Shown here: piece after piece, positions 10,393-19,823 of the stretch
Position numbering within the stretch: the first letter of the stretch is position 1
Layout: every line of letters begins with the position of its first letter
Assembly: GCA_035285865.1 (NCBI GenBank)
Contig: JAYKHS010000017.1
Coordinates: 1-64,000, forward strand
Length of the DNA stretch: 64,000 bases
Direction of reading: 5' to 3'
DNA from: Candidatus Sericytochromatia bacterium
GTDB taxonomy: Bacteria > Cyanobacteriota > Sericytochromatia > S15B-MN24 > VGJW01
Made by a program: the position numbers and the translations under genes
The notes under the pieces: generated by a model
Told to the model about the DNA's origin: nothing
What the model saw: the letters and a program-made list of their open reading frames with translations, nothing else
Database searches by the model: none

Positions 10393-12546
10393 TCAGGGCG
10401 TGCGATGGCCGCGGATGGCCGAGTCGATCTCCTTGCGGGGATCGCGCGGGGCCTCGCCGCGCCCGTAGCGCAGGTCCGGAGCCTTGGGGCCAGACAGGCG
10501 CATTTCGGGGACAACGACCGCGTCGGGTCCGGCCACGCGGGCCATCGTCGACAGCTCGCGCGCGAGGTCGGTGTCCATCTCCTTGGCAAAGCTCGCCAGC
10601 AACCGGGCCTTGTCTGCGGGGGAGGCCTCGGCCATGCGTCCGAGCAGCTCCACGAGCCGTTCGCTCTCGCGCCAAGCCTCGGCGTCCTGCCAGAGTGGGC
10701 GGCCCGTCAGATTGCTATAGCGCTGGTCGGGCGTCGGCCCTTCGTTTCCGGGGCCATTGGCCTGAGGGCCCTGACGCAACAGTGCCATGACCTCGCCGTG
10801 GTCCGGGTGCTCGGTGGCCAGCCACGGCGTCCGGCGCCAGATGGAAGCCTTCTGGCTGTCGAAGAGCACCGGTTGGTCCCAGGGGAGGTCGATTTCCTCG
10901 TAAGCCGTGGCGAAGGCCTCGCGGATGCGGTCCGGATCAGCCTTGAAGAGCCGCTCGAGGCCTTCCGCCGTCACATAGGCTTCGATGCGTCGCTCGGACT
11001 TGCCGAAGGCATCCAGCACGTCCTCGTTGTTCTCGAGGCCGTCGGCGGCGCTCCGCAGATCCAGATGGCGCGCCAGCACGAGGAAGCGACGGACCGCACC
11101 TTCGGGGGTGCTCAGATCGACCTTGATCTCCTGCTTGCTGCGCAGCCATGTCTCCCGCGTGCCCCCCGTCTCGGGCGTCACGGCCAGCAGTTGGCGTTCG
11201 GTGCGCTTGCGGCCGGAGAACCAGCGGGTCAAGATGTCTTCATGGGCGTGCAGCAGGTCTGCCCGATCGACGATCATCACGCCTTCCGGGCGATCCAGGC
11301 GACCATGGCCGGTCTCGATCTGCTGTTCATCGTCGACCAGCGTCAGGCCGCCGATGCGCGCATCGACGTCCCTTCGATCGGTGCTTGCCTTCTCGGCAAA
11401 GCGGATGGCGCGCATCGCCGGATCGCCGGTTGCCGCAGCCTGCTGGGCCGGCCTGAGATCGAGCGCGAGCGCCGCTTCATAGGCATGCCGGCCGGTCGGT
11501 GTCTCCAGATCCATGACGTAGGTCTGAATCTCGCGGTTTGCCGTACGTTCGGAGACTGCGATCGAAGCCTCGGCATGAAGCCACCGCTGCGCCTGCTGCG
11601 TCAGGGACTTCCGTGCCAGGTCACCGACCCGACCACCGGTGTCGGGGCCGCTCGGCATCGGGCCAGAAAGGCCTGCCCTTGCCGAAAGGGCCGTGCCCTC
11701 ACTCTTGCCCGTGACCTCTTCGACCGAGACGGCGACCTTGCTGCCGTCCAGGCGCTTCACGCGAAGGGCCAGCTCCATGTCGCGTGAGCGGTAGGTGTCG
11801 ATGCCGACCGAGGCACCCAGCGTCCACGCGCCGGCCAAGGGCACCACGTGATCGGCCAGGCGTGCTCCGGCGCTCACGGCAAGCCTTCCCCGGCCGCGGA
11901 GCTCGACTTCGGTGCCCTCGGCGTAGGCTTTCGCTTCTTCAGCCCGGAAGGGCAAGTGGACACCAAGATCGGCGACGGCCTGCCGAATGGGGTGGCGGTG
12001 GGGAGACAGGACCGAGAGCGCGACCGAGGCATCGGTCGTGAAGCCGATCGTGACACCCGGACCCAGGGCCGGGATCGAGAAAGGGTAGCCAGCCCATGGC
12101 TCGACGGCGCCGCGGACTTCGGCCCACGTGACGGGCGTGCCGGCCTCGGCCATGCGGCGGGACGTCTCGCGGCGGTGCGGATCATCCTGGACGCGGCCAT
12201 CGGTATCGCGCAGCGGCTGGAGCCGCAGGGCAAAGCCGATGCCGCCCGGGCCGCCCAGCGACAGGCTGGGGGGGCGCACGCCGTAGTCACGATAAAGCAC
12301 CTGCTCGCCTAGGCGGCTCGCGGCCTTGTCCATGAGTTCGCCCACGCGGCTGCCGGAGAGCGAAAGGACACCGGAGCGGCCCTCTCCCTCGGCCTTGAGC
12401 CCGTCGCGATTGGCGTTGCCACCGGCTACCCATCGGTCCAATTCGGCCGGGGGCAGGGGACCCGTTCCAGCCGGTCTTCGGACGGCGCCTGAGGTGGGCG
12501 TCGGTGCCGTGGCGGGGCGGATGGGGCCGGCGGGTGTCGGAGACAT
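10393..12546 (-). CDS. Hypothetical protein, 717 aa, low-complexity N-terminus, no signal peptide
   Basis: Long ORF with normal protein composition; the overlapping frames look like shadow ORFs. Confidence 0.75.
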   Translation of the reverse strand: MSPTPAGPIRPATAPTPTSGAVRRPAGTGPLPPAELDRWVAGGNANRDGLKAEGEGRSGVLSLSGSRVGELMDKAASRLGEQVLYRDYGVRPPSLSLGGPGGIGFALRLQPLRDTDGRVQDDPHRRETSRRMAEAGTPVTWAEVRGAVEPWAGYPFSIPALGPGVTIGFTTDASVALSVLSPHRHPIRQAVADLGVHLPFRAEEAKAYAEGTEVELRGRGRLAVSAGARLADHVVPLAGAWTLGASVGIDTYRSRDMELALRVKRLDGSKVAVSVEEVTGKSEGTALSARAGLSGPMPSGPDTGGRVGDLARKSLTQQAQRWLHAEASIAVSERTANREIQTYVMDLETPTGRHAYEAALALDLRPAQQAAATGDPAMRAIRFAEKASTDRRDVDARIGGLTLVDDEQQIETGHGRLDRPEGVMIVDRADLLHAHEDILTRWFSGRKRTERQLLAVTPETGGTRETWLRSKQEIKVDLSTPEGAVRRFLVLARHLDLRSAADGLENNEDVLDAFGKSERRIEAYVTAEGLERLFKADPDRIREAFATAYEEIDLPWDQPVLFDSQKASIWRRTPWLATEHPDHGEVMALLRQGPQANGPGNEGPTPDQRYSNLTGRPLWQDAEAWRESERLVELLGRMAEASPADKARLLASFAKEMDTDLARELSTMARVAGPDAVVVPEMRLSGPKAPDLRYGRGEAPRDPRKEIDSAIRGHRTP

Positions 12547-12616
12547 GGCTTTTTCGTACCCGCAACCTCGGTCTGCGCCACGGAGGCAGGGAACCGTCCG
12601 GATCGTGGGGTAGGAT

Positions 12617-15466
12617 GTGGGAGTGCGGGATGGTACGGATCAGGAGGATCGGGGGAGGGTCGCTCCGTCCGGGGCGGTGGATCCTTCGCGCCGCATCCAC
12701 CGCATGCCTTGCCCGACGTGCGCGGAAGGCCGTGTCGTGGCTTTCGCCCGAGTGCGGCGTCAGGTGGACGGTCCCAAGGCCGAGACCTTGTGGTTGGGTT
12801 CGTGTGTCGGCTGTGCGCGCTGGTGGTTCGGCATCGCGATGCAGCGCCGGGCCTGGCCCCTGCTGGAACATGAAGGCTGGCGTCTCGCGTGGACGGCCGG
12901 GCGGTGTCCGGATCCGGTCGATCCGCTGTGCCGTTGCCTGGCCCACAGGCTGTTCGAACGCTTGCATCTGGACTTCGGGACCGAGATGCGTACTTCGCTG
13001 GGCCTGGCTTCGGGATGGCCTGCGGAGCGCTGGCCCGTGCCGGACATGGGCGAACTCAACGATGTCTGGGGTTGGTGTATCCGGCGACTCGAGTCGGGTC
13101 GGACCTTCTCTGCGGAAATTCTTCAGGATTTGCTCGTCCTCGCCGAACGGGGCCTCTTGCCCTTCGGCCCGGTCAGCGAGGGAGCGCGGGCAGGAGTCTG
13201 GTGCTCGCGCGTGCGTCGCCTGCTCAGCATGCACGCCCAGAAGGTGGGTGAAGCCCGGGATGCCCGTCGCCATGCCCGGCACGCGCTCACGGTGCTCGAA
13301 CGCGTCTGGACCCGCCCCGGAGGTCGACCCGAATGGCGCGCGACGGCGCGCAGGGCGTGGCTCGAAGAGGGCCTCGAGTTGGTCCGCCACCACCTGCTCA
13401 TCGAGGATGCCCTGGGTGCTGCTCGCGTGGCCGACGCCCTTATCGGGGCCCAGATTGCGGATGACGACGAGGATCCTGATCTTCTGGCCCTTCATCGGGA
13501 CCTGCGTTCCCTTCGCCTGAAGCTGCCGGACCCTCTCGACGACGTACGCCCCCCGTCTCCGGGGGATTCCCGACTGCTGGTGCCTCCCGTCGAGCTTCTG
13601 TTGGGTCGCGGACTCTGGGACACCATGCAGGGGCGTCCGGGGCTGGGGGCCTCTGCGGCCCGGGCCATGCGGCTGGCCGGTCTGGCCGTGGCCTCGGTCC
13701 CCTTGGTCGAGTCATCGGACCTCGACCCGTGGGAGGCCGCTTGGGCCGTTCGTGGGCGTCTTGCCTGGCGGGGCCTGATTTCCCGAGAACCGGGCGTACC
13801 GCCCGAGCGGACCTTGCTTGAAGCGTTCGATGCTGTCTGGGCCCGTTCCCCGGGCGCGTTGCTGGACAGCCGGACGCTCCCTGAACTTGCCGGGGACTGG
13901 CTGGGCGAGACGGGTTGGTGGGGTACGGAGTGGCCTTGGCCGTGGCCGTCCGGCGTCGTCGTGCAGGCCTTGCAGCAGGTCCTGCGTCTCGGGGGCACTT
14001 TTCCGCGCGGTGCGGAAGGCTGGAATCTGCTTTTCGAGGTGGCAGCCGGCGGCGAAGCCGATGTACCGGGCCGCCTCGCAGCCTTGCAGGGCCTCACGGA
14101 GGCCAGGCCCTCGGTGTCGCGTGGCAACGTGCCCCTGGAGTCACGGTTGCTCGTGCCCTGGGTCGCCCTCACGCTTACGGTTTCCCGCGATCGTCTGGAT
14201 CGGGGGACCGGTCGGGACATCCGGACGGTGCGGTTGCTGCGCCGGACGGGCGAGTTGTCGTGGCGGCTGTGTCTCGATGACGATGAGGAAGGCCGCGTCA
14301 TGCCGGATCCGTGGATTCCGCCCCTGTTGGAGGCCGTCCACCGTTGCCCGCGTCCGGCGTTGGCGACGTGCGCTTGCCTCGGCCATGAGGTGATGCGTGA
14401 CTTCCTGGAGCAGTCCGGTGTGCCGCGGCGTTCCGAGGGACACGACATGCCGGCGCGCGAGCGCAGGGTCGCGTCGTGGCGGCGCCCCGTCACGGAAATC
14501 GTGTCCAGTCTGGCGGACGCCGCCCGCGATCGGGCAGAGCCGATGCTCGCCGTCGAGGGTGGCGACCTTCTGGTCGCTCGATCGATGTCCTTTGGGGATG
14601 GTCGTCTCGAGGGGGCGGGGCTGGCGCCATGGATTCCCCATCCCGTGTTCACGGGCGAGGGCAAGGGCCTGGGACCACTTGATTTCCGGGTCCGGGTCGG
14701 GGGGCAGCTGGTCCTCGAGGAAACGCTGGGCCGGGACCCTGACGGCTGGTTCTGGGCTGTTCCGCCCAAGGGGCGTACGCCGTCGTCGGTCGGCGAGGCC
14801 GCGGGCCTCTGGGTGGAGACGGCGGATCCCTATCTCGCCGAGCTTCGTGCGCGCGGGTATCGGGTCCAGTCGGTCTGGGGCGTGGTGCATGAGGCTGCGC
14901 GCGAGTCGTGGGAGGCTGTGGCCAGCCACGTCGTGCCCTCAGATGCGCTCAAGGAATGGCTGGGGCTCACGGGTGAGCGAGCCGAGGCGGACCTGGGGCG
15001 GGCCTTTGCTGCTGCCCGTGGACTGCTTGATGCCGGCTTCTGGCTCGGGGATCCCGTCGTGCTGCTGGATACCCTCGACATGGCCCGATGGCACCGCTGG
15101 ACGACGGCCCAACTGCTGGCCGAACTGCAGGCACGGCTGGCGTCCTGGCGCGTGGGTGGGCGCGACCTCGACCCTGGCTGGATAGCCGTGCTGCCGTGGC
15201 CCGGCCGCTGGCGGGACCTTGCAGCCACGAATCTTGCGGAAGCGCCGGCCCCAATGCTGCGCCAGGCGTTGCCTGCCGACGTCCGCGAAGGCATCGAGAC
15301 GGCCCTCTCGGCGTTCGCCGGCCTCGGGCAGCCGCCTTTCGTCGGCCTCGATGGCGCGACGCCGGCCCAAGTGGCGTGGGTCCGACGCTTGCTTCCGGGG
15401 GCACGGGTCGTCGGGCGCAACGATCTGTTGCCCGGCCTGCGCTGGTTCGAATTGGTGCCGGGGTAA
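12617..15466 (+). CDS. Soluble protein with Cys-rich N-terminus and two degenerate FHIPEP (FlhA C-terminal)-like domains
   Basis: CPTC and CVGC; FlhA-C-like segments listed in findings. The start may instead be MPCPTC at about 12704. Confidence 0.6.
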   Translation: MGVRDGTDQEDRGRVAPSGAVDPSRRIHRMPCPTCAEGRVVAFARVRRQVDGPKAETLWLGSCVGCARWWFGIAMQRRAWPLLEHEGWRLAWTAGRCPDPVDPLCRCLAHRLFERLHLDFGTEMRTSLGLASGWPAERWPVPDMGELNDVWGWCIRRLESGRTFSAEILQDLLVLAERGLLPFGPVSEGARAGVWCSRVRRLLSMHAQKVGEARDARRHARHALTVLERVWTRPGGRPEWRATARRAWLEEGLELVRHHLLIEDALGAARVADALIGAQIADDDEDPDLLALHRDLRSLRLKLPDPLDDVRPPSPGDSRLLVPPVELLLGRGLWDTMQGRPGLGASAARAMRLAGLAVASVPLVESSDLDPWEAAWAVRGRLAWRGLISREPGVPPERTLLEAFDAVWARSPGALLDSRTLPELAGDWLGETGWWGTEWPWPWPSGVVVQALQQVLRLGGTFPRGAEGWNLLFEVAAGGEADVPGRLAALQGLTEARPSVSRGNVPLESRLLVPWVALTLTVSRDRLDRGTGRDIRTVRLLRRTGELSWRLCLDDDEEGRVMPDPWIPPLLEAVHRCPRPALATCACLGHEVMRDFLEQSGVPRRSEGHDMPARERRVASWRRPVTEIVSSLADAARDRAEPMLAVEGGDLLVARSMSFGDGRLEGAGLAPWIPHPVFTGEGKGLGPLDFRVRVGGQLVLEETLGRDPDGWFWAVPPKGRTPSSVGEAAGLWVETADPYLAELRARGYRVQSVWGVVHEAARESWEAVASHVVPSDALKEWLGLTGERAEADLGRAFAAARGLLDAGFWLGDPVVLLDTLDMARWHRWTTAQLLAELQARLASWRVGGRDLDPGWIAVLPWPGRWRDLAATNLAEAPAPMLRQALPADVREGIETALSAFAGLGQPPFVGLDGATPAQVAWVRRLLPGARVVGRNDLLPGLRWFELVPG

Positions 15467-15472
15467 GCGCGC

Positions 15473-18136
15473 CTACCAGGCGATTCCGTGGGTCGGTTTC
15501 CAGTTGGCCTGCCACGAGAGGCCGATGCTGGGCGTCACCGTGCTGCCGAGGGTGCGGGTGGCCTCGACCTTGCCTTGGAACAGCAGGCTGTCGATGCCGA
15601 CGCGCAACTCCAGGCCTTCGGCGACGGGTTGGCGATAGGCAAGGCCCAGTTGGCACAGCAGCCCAAGGTCGGCGGCCGTGTCCTGCGGCGTGGGACCGAA
15701 TCCGCGTGCATCGACGTCCAGGGTCACACGCCCGGCGGCCAGAGGCCACTGCAAGGCTAGGCCTGCCTGATAGCCGGGCTCGGGCACGCGGTCCGTCACC
15801 GAGAAGTCCCGGCGGGTGCTGGCCCCGATCCTGGCCTCGCGCACGAGGCCACGGCTGGTCCAGACGATCCCGGCTCCCGCCGTGACATCTTGGCGGCGCG
15901 GGTTCAGCAGGCCGGTGGTGGTGTTGGTGCCGGGGACGAGGTCCGTGGCGTAGCCCCCGTTCACGAAGGGCACCAGACCTCCTTCCGGACCGCCGGGCCG
16001 GCCCCGGAGCTCGCTGCCAAGGCGGGCATCGTTGCTGTCCCGGCGCACCGTGTTCTGCCCTGCCCCCGTGATGGTCGACTGGTCCCAGAGCAACGAGGCC
16101 GTGGTGTCCCACACCAGACGTTCGTCCTCGAAATGGGCTTGGCCCTTGATGCGGGCGCGCAGGGCCTGGGCCTCCGGCGCGGTGACGAGTGCGTTGCGCG
16201 CTCCCGCGAAAGCCTGTCGGTTCTGGCCGGTGAGTTGCTGGCCGTTGAGTTCGATGGGCTGCAGGGACATGGTCCAGCGCGGGGCGACCGACTGGCCGTC
16301 GTCCTGCAGCCAGGTGCGGATACGCCGGAGGTGCTCCGTGCTTCCCCAGCCCGGTGCCGCGGCGGCACGCCATAGGCCGAGGACCACGTCCTGAAGCTCG
16401 GCTTGGCCGTCGCCATCGTCGTCCAGCAGCGCTACGGGCTGGAAGGTCCCCCGGAACAGGCCGCGGAAGGCAGCGCCGTGCGCGAAGCTGTCGGTCGTGA
16501 CGATGGCGTAGGCCTCGTCGTCCAGCAGCGGATGGCCACCGATGCGCGAGGCGAGGGTATCGGCCCCGGCCAAGGCCCAGGTACCGGCCAGGTCGGGCCG
16601 ACGGACCAGAGCGCGCAACTGCCTGCCGGTGATCTGCCCGCGGACCAGTTGCAGGTTGGCAGGTACCCAGTCTTCCGCCACGTAGCCCGGCACGTCGCCC
16701 GAAGTGGTCATGCCGCGGCGGCGGCGAGGGACCAGAGCCAGCTCCGCGCCGGTGGCCGCGCGCACGGTGCCGGCCAGCAGTTGCCCCCAGTCATTCGGGG
16801 TGTAGCGGGCTTCCGTCGGATCGATGCGCCGGCGATCCGGGAGCACCAAGGCGCGTCGGGGTTCGATGAAGGCGCTGCGATGGCGCCACGCCCGCCATGC
16901 CAGTTCGGCATCGGGGGCTGCGACCCTGCTGGTGACGGCCCGATTGCTGCTGCGGACGGAAGCCACGCTGCCGTCGGGATCCAATGCCAAATCAAGCTGC
17001 AGCAGGCGATCCTGATCTGTTCCTGCCTGCAGCCATGCCCCGGTGGGAACCGGACTGTCTTCCTTGCGCGTGGCTTCCCGGACGAGCGTATCGACCGGGG
17101 TTTCGGGCTGGGCCCGCAGGATGGCCGTCAGTCCGGGCACGGAACGGTCCAGTTCTTCGGTCTGGGCATCATCCATGTTGGTCAGCAGCACCACCGGTCC
17201 GGCACCTGCTGCCCGCACATCCGCCACGGCCGTGCGAAGCGCTTCGACCATCGGTCGACTGCGCCACGCCGACACCCCGTCCACCAAGCCGTAGCGTGCC
17301 AGATAGCGTGCATCGGTCATGCCGACGAGGCCGATGCGGCAACCGGCCAGCGAGACGATGCGCCAGGGGTGGATGGGCACTCCTGACGGGGGGTCGAGAT
17401 TGGCGGCGAGCAGGGGCGTGGCTCGGGCCAGTCTCTCGAGGTCACGACGGGCAAGCCGCAGCTCGAACTTGTAGGGAACGAGGGCATCGAGCGGATGTCG
17501 TTCGAGGCGGGCGAGGGTGTCGGCCAGGCCGGCACGACGCCAGTCGTCGTTGGTGTTGTCGACGTGGTTGCCCATGTCGACTCGGATATTGCCCACGGCC
17601 TCGCGGGTGGCCAGTGTCTCCAAAGCCGAGCCGCCCCGCGTCTCCCCGATCTGCGTGGCGCGCTGCCATCGCCCGTCGCGGATGCCTTCGATGCGGGAAG
17701 CCCAGACGGGAGTCCAGGATTCCGGTGGCTGTGTCCAGTCCGGGGCGCTGGCGGAGGCCTGTTCCGTCATGACTTCCCAGACGCCCTGCTCGGCGTCCTC
17801 GAAGACTGCCCAGACAAGCTTGCCGGAATGGGACGAGGTCGGTGCTTCACCCGTGAACCACCACGGGCCTTCCCGGTAGCCGTCCTGTCGCCAGGGGCCC
17901 TGCTGTCGCCACGCACCTTTCCGCAGCGCCAGATGGGCTTCATCGGGTGTCAGGACGCCGTTGCGACGGACCAGCAGCCAGGGACCCGATCGCAGGGCCC
18001 CGATATCCTCCGTGCCGTGACGGACCTCGAATCGCGCTGGCAGGTCCGGTTCATGGCGCGGCGGCAGGTCGTGCAAGCTGCCGTTCGTCGTGGCCGTAGC
18101 AAGGATGCGCACGACCGCGGCCAGAAGTGACGTCAT
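15473..18136 (-). CDS. Degenerate 5'-nucleotidase/metallophosphoesterase-like protein fused to a C-terminal beta-barrel-like domain
   Basis: DMGN, LLAANL, RIGLVGMT, VVLLTNM and 5'-NT C-domain-like ATGAELAL...GQITGRQL, then amphipathic strands ending SIGLSWQANWK. Confidence 0.65.
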   Translation of the reverse strand: MTSLLAAVVRILATATTNGSLHDLPPRHEPDLPARFEVRHGTEDIGALRSGPWLLVRRNGVLTPDEAHLALRKGAWRQQGPWRQDGYREGPWWFTGEAPTSSHSGKLVWAVFEDAEQGVWEVMTEQASASAPDWTQPPESWTPVWASRIEGIRDGRWQRATQIGETRGGSALETLATREAVGNIRVDMGNHVDNTNDDWRRAGLADTLARLERHPLDALVPYKFELRLARRDLERLARATPLLAANLDPPSGVPIHPWRIVSLAGCRIGLVGMTDARYLARYGLVDGVSAWRSRPMVEALRTAVADVRAAGAGPVVLLTNMDDAQTEELDRSVPGLTAILRAQPETPVDTLVREATRKEDSPVPTGAWLQAGTDQDRLLQLDLALDPDGSVASVRSSNRAVTSRVAAPDAELAWRAWRHRSAFIEPRRALVLPDRRRIDPTEARYTPNDWGQLLAGTVRAATGAELALVPRRRRGMTTSGDVPGYVAEDWVPANLQLVRGQITGRQLRALVRRPDLAGTWALAGADTLASRIGGHPLLDDEAYAIVTTDSFAHGAAFRGLFRGTFQPVALLDDDGDGQAELQDVVLGLWRAAAAPGWGSTEHLRRIRTWLQDDGQSVAPRWTMSLQPIELNGQQLTGQNRQAFAGARNALVTAPEAQALRARIKGQAHFEDERLVWDTTASLLWDQSTITGAGQNTVRRDSNDARLGSELRGRPGGPEGGLVPFVNGGYATDLVPGTNTTTGLLNPRRQDVTAGAGIVWTSRGLVREARIGASTRRDFSVTDRVPEPGYQAGLALQWPLAAGRVTLDVDARGFGPTPQDTAADLGLLCQLGLAYRQPVAEGLELRVGIDSLLFQGKVEATRTLGSTVTPSIGLSWQANWKPTHGIAW

Positions 18137-18155
18137 GCTGCCTGCCCGAAGGGCG

Positions 18156-19823
18156 TCAGTAGCGGATGCCCGCCGAGATCCCGGCGGCGTTCAACTGCTG
18201 GAAGGGGACGGAACCCCGCCACATGTGGTCCCACGACTGGAAGAGCCGCAGGACGTACTGATCGCGCATCCACTCGAGGCCCAGCTCGCCGGAGGCCCTG
18301 CGGACATCCGGCAGGCCATCGACCAGCGGATCCACGAGCACGAACGTGTACGGCTGGACAAGCCCGCGTGCATACAGACGCAGGGGCCCCCACGGACGGA
18401 CGGACAGGTCGCCGCGAATGAACGGGCCCTGGAAGACCTGCATGTCCGAGAAGAGGAAGTCCTTCGCGATCGGTGTCAGGCTGTGGGTCACGGTGATGTA
18501 GCGAAGGCCGTATCCTGCGCCGATGCTCTCCCGGACCGGGCCTTGCTGCAGGTCCCAGAGCATCGCACCCTGCACGGAGTAGTCGTTGCGGGTGTGGGTG
18601 GAGTTCGGGATCAGGCGGTCGGCAATCGTGAAGGTCTCGAAGGCCCGGACATCGGCCTCGAGCGACCACCACGGCGCCATCGCGTGACGCGCGTAGAAGC
18701 CGAAAGTATTGATGTCGCGGACCGCGGCATCGGCCACTCCGCCTTCCGGATAGTTCTCGAACAGGCCGGTGCGTCCTAGGGTGCCCAAGGTTCGGGACAG
18801 CGGATCCCAGTCCACGTCCGGGGAAATGGAGGCCGAGGATCCGGGCGGACACGTGCACGCACACCCGGATGCTTCCGGTGTCCGGGCGGGTTCTGCGGCT
18901 GTCGGGGGAACAGGCTCTGATGGTGTTGCCATGGCGTCCGGCAGACGATCGGCCGTACGCGAGATCTCGACCAGCCAGATCTTGCCGGACTTGCGGACGA
19001 CAGTCTGGAAGGATCGGGGATCCCGCAGGCCCATGGTCAGGCGTACGGTGCCCCAGCGCTCCTGACCCATCTTGAGTCGTTCGTAGGGGCCGGTGGGAAG
19101 CAGTTTGTCCGTCGTAGGCTGCTGTGCCTTCGCAGGAATGGGGCCGTCTGCGGGAATCTCGACCCAGGCGTGGAGGGGGCGCTCATGCGCGACACGAACC
19201 GTGGGCTCCAGCGGACTACGAACGGGCACCTGCAGGGTTCCGTCGGGCAGGACCTTGGGCAGGCCCACGCGGAAGGTGCTCTGATGGTAGATCTTCCAGA
19301 AGCGCTCGAGCGCCCGGCGATCGAACGTCACGATCAGGCTTTTGCCCTGCACGCGGGCAATCATGCGCATGTCCGGCACGACGCGCATGACCACTCGGCT
19401 GCGCTTGGCGCTGAGTTGCACGGCCAGGGCCTTCATGATGGGTGAACCGGTCTGGCTGCGGATCAGGACATGTCCCGGGGTCAGGGACCCTTCGAGATCG
19501 AGGATCACCGAATCGGGGGCAACTCTACGCAGACGCCATTTCGGTTTGGCGCCGGTCCAGATCAGCGTGGCGGTGTCGCGGGCGGGATTCAGGCTGATCG
19601 ATTCGTATACCGTGGCTGCTCGGATCGCCGCTGAGGGTAAAGGAGTGGCGCTGGCCACCACGGAGCCTGAAGCCACGGATACCGAGGGTTCAGGCGCAGG
19701 CGTCTGAGCCTGAGGCGTCGGACTGGTCAGGTTCGCGCTGGGCGCGGGGTTCGGCGTGGCGTGGGCCGGTCCGGGTGCTGCCATCAGGACCGCGACGAAC
19801 GCGGTCCGGATCAGTCCTTGCAT
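18156..19823 (-). CDS. Secreted protein: AMIN-like domains plus C-terminal outer-membrane beta-barrel
   Basis: Signal peptide ending AHA; VILDLEG...SRVV AMIN-like pattern; alternating strands ending GISAGIRY. Start moved to MQGL at 19823. Confidence 0.6.
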   Translation of the reverse strand: MQGLIRTAFVAVLMAAPGPAHATPNPAPSANLTSPTPQAQTPAPEPSVSVASGSVVASATPLPSAAIRAATVYESISLNPARDTATLIWTGAKPKWRLRRVAPDSVILDLEGSLTPGHVLIRSQTGSPIMKALAVQLSAKRSRVVMRVVPDMRMIARVQGKSLIVTFDRRALERFWKIYHQSTFRVGLPKVLPDGTLQVPVRSPLEPTVRVAHERPLHAWVEIPADGPIPAKAQQPTTDKLLPTGPYERLKMGQERWGTVRLTMGLRDPRSFQTVVRKSGKIWLVEISRTADRLPDAMATPSEPVPPTAAEPARTPEASGCACTCPPGSSASISPDVDWDPLSRTLGTLGRTGLFENYPEGGVADAAVRDINTFGFYARHAMAPWWSLEADVRAFETFTIADRLIPNSTHTRNDYSVQGAMLWDLQQGPVRESIGAGYGLRYITVTHSLTPIAKDFLFSDMQVFQGPFIRGDLSVRPWGPLRLYARGLVQPYTFVLVDPLVDGLPDVRRASGELGLEWMRDQYVLRLFQSWDHMWRGSVPFQQLNAAGISAGIRY

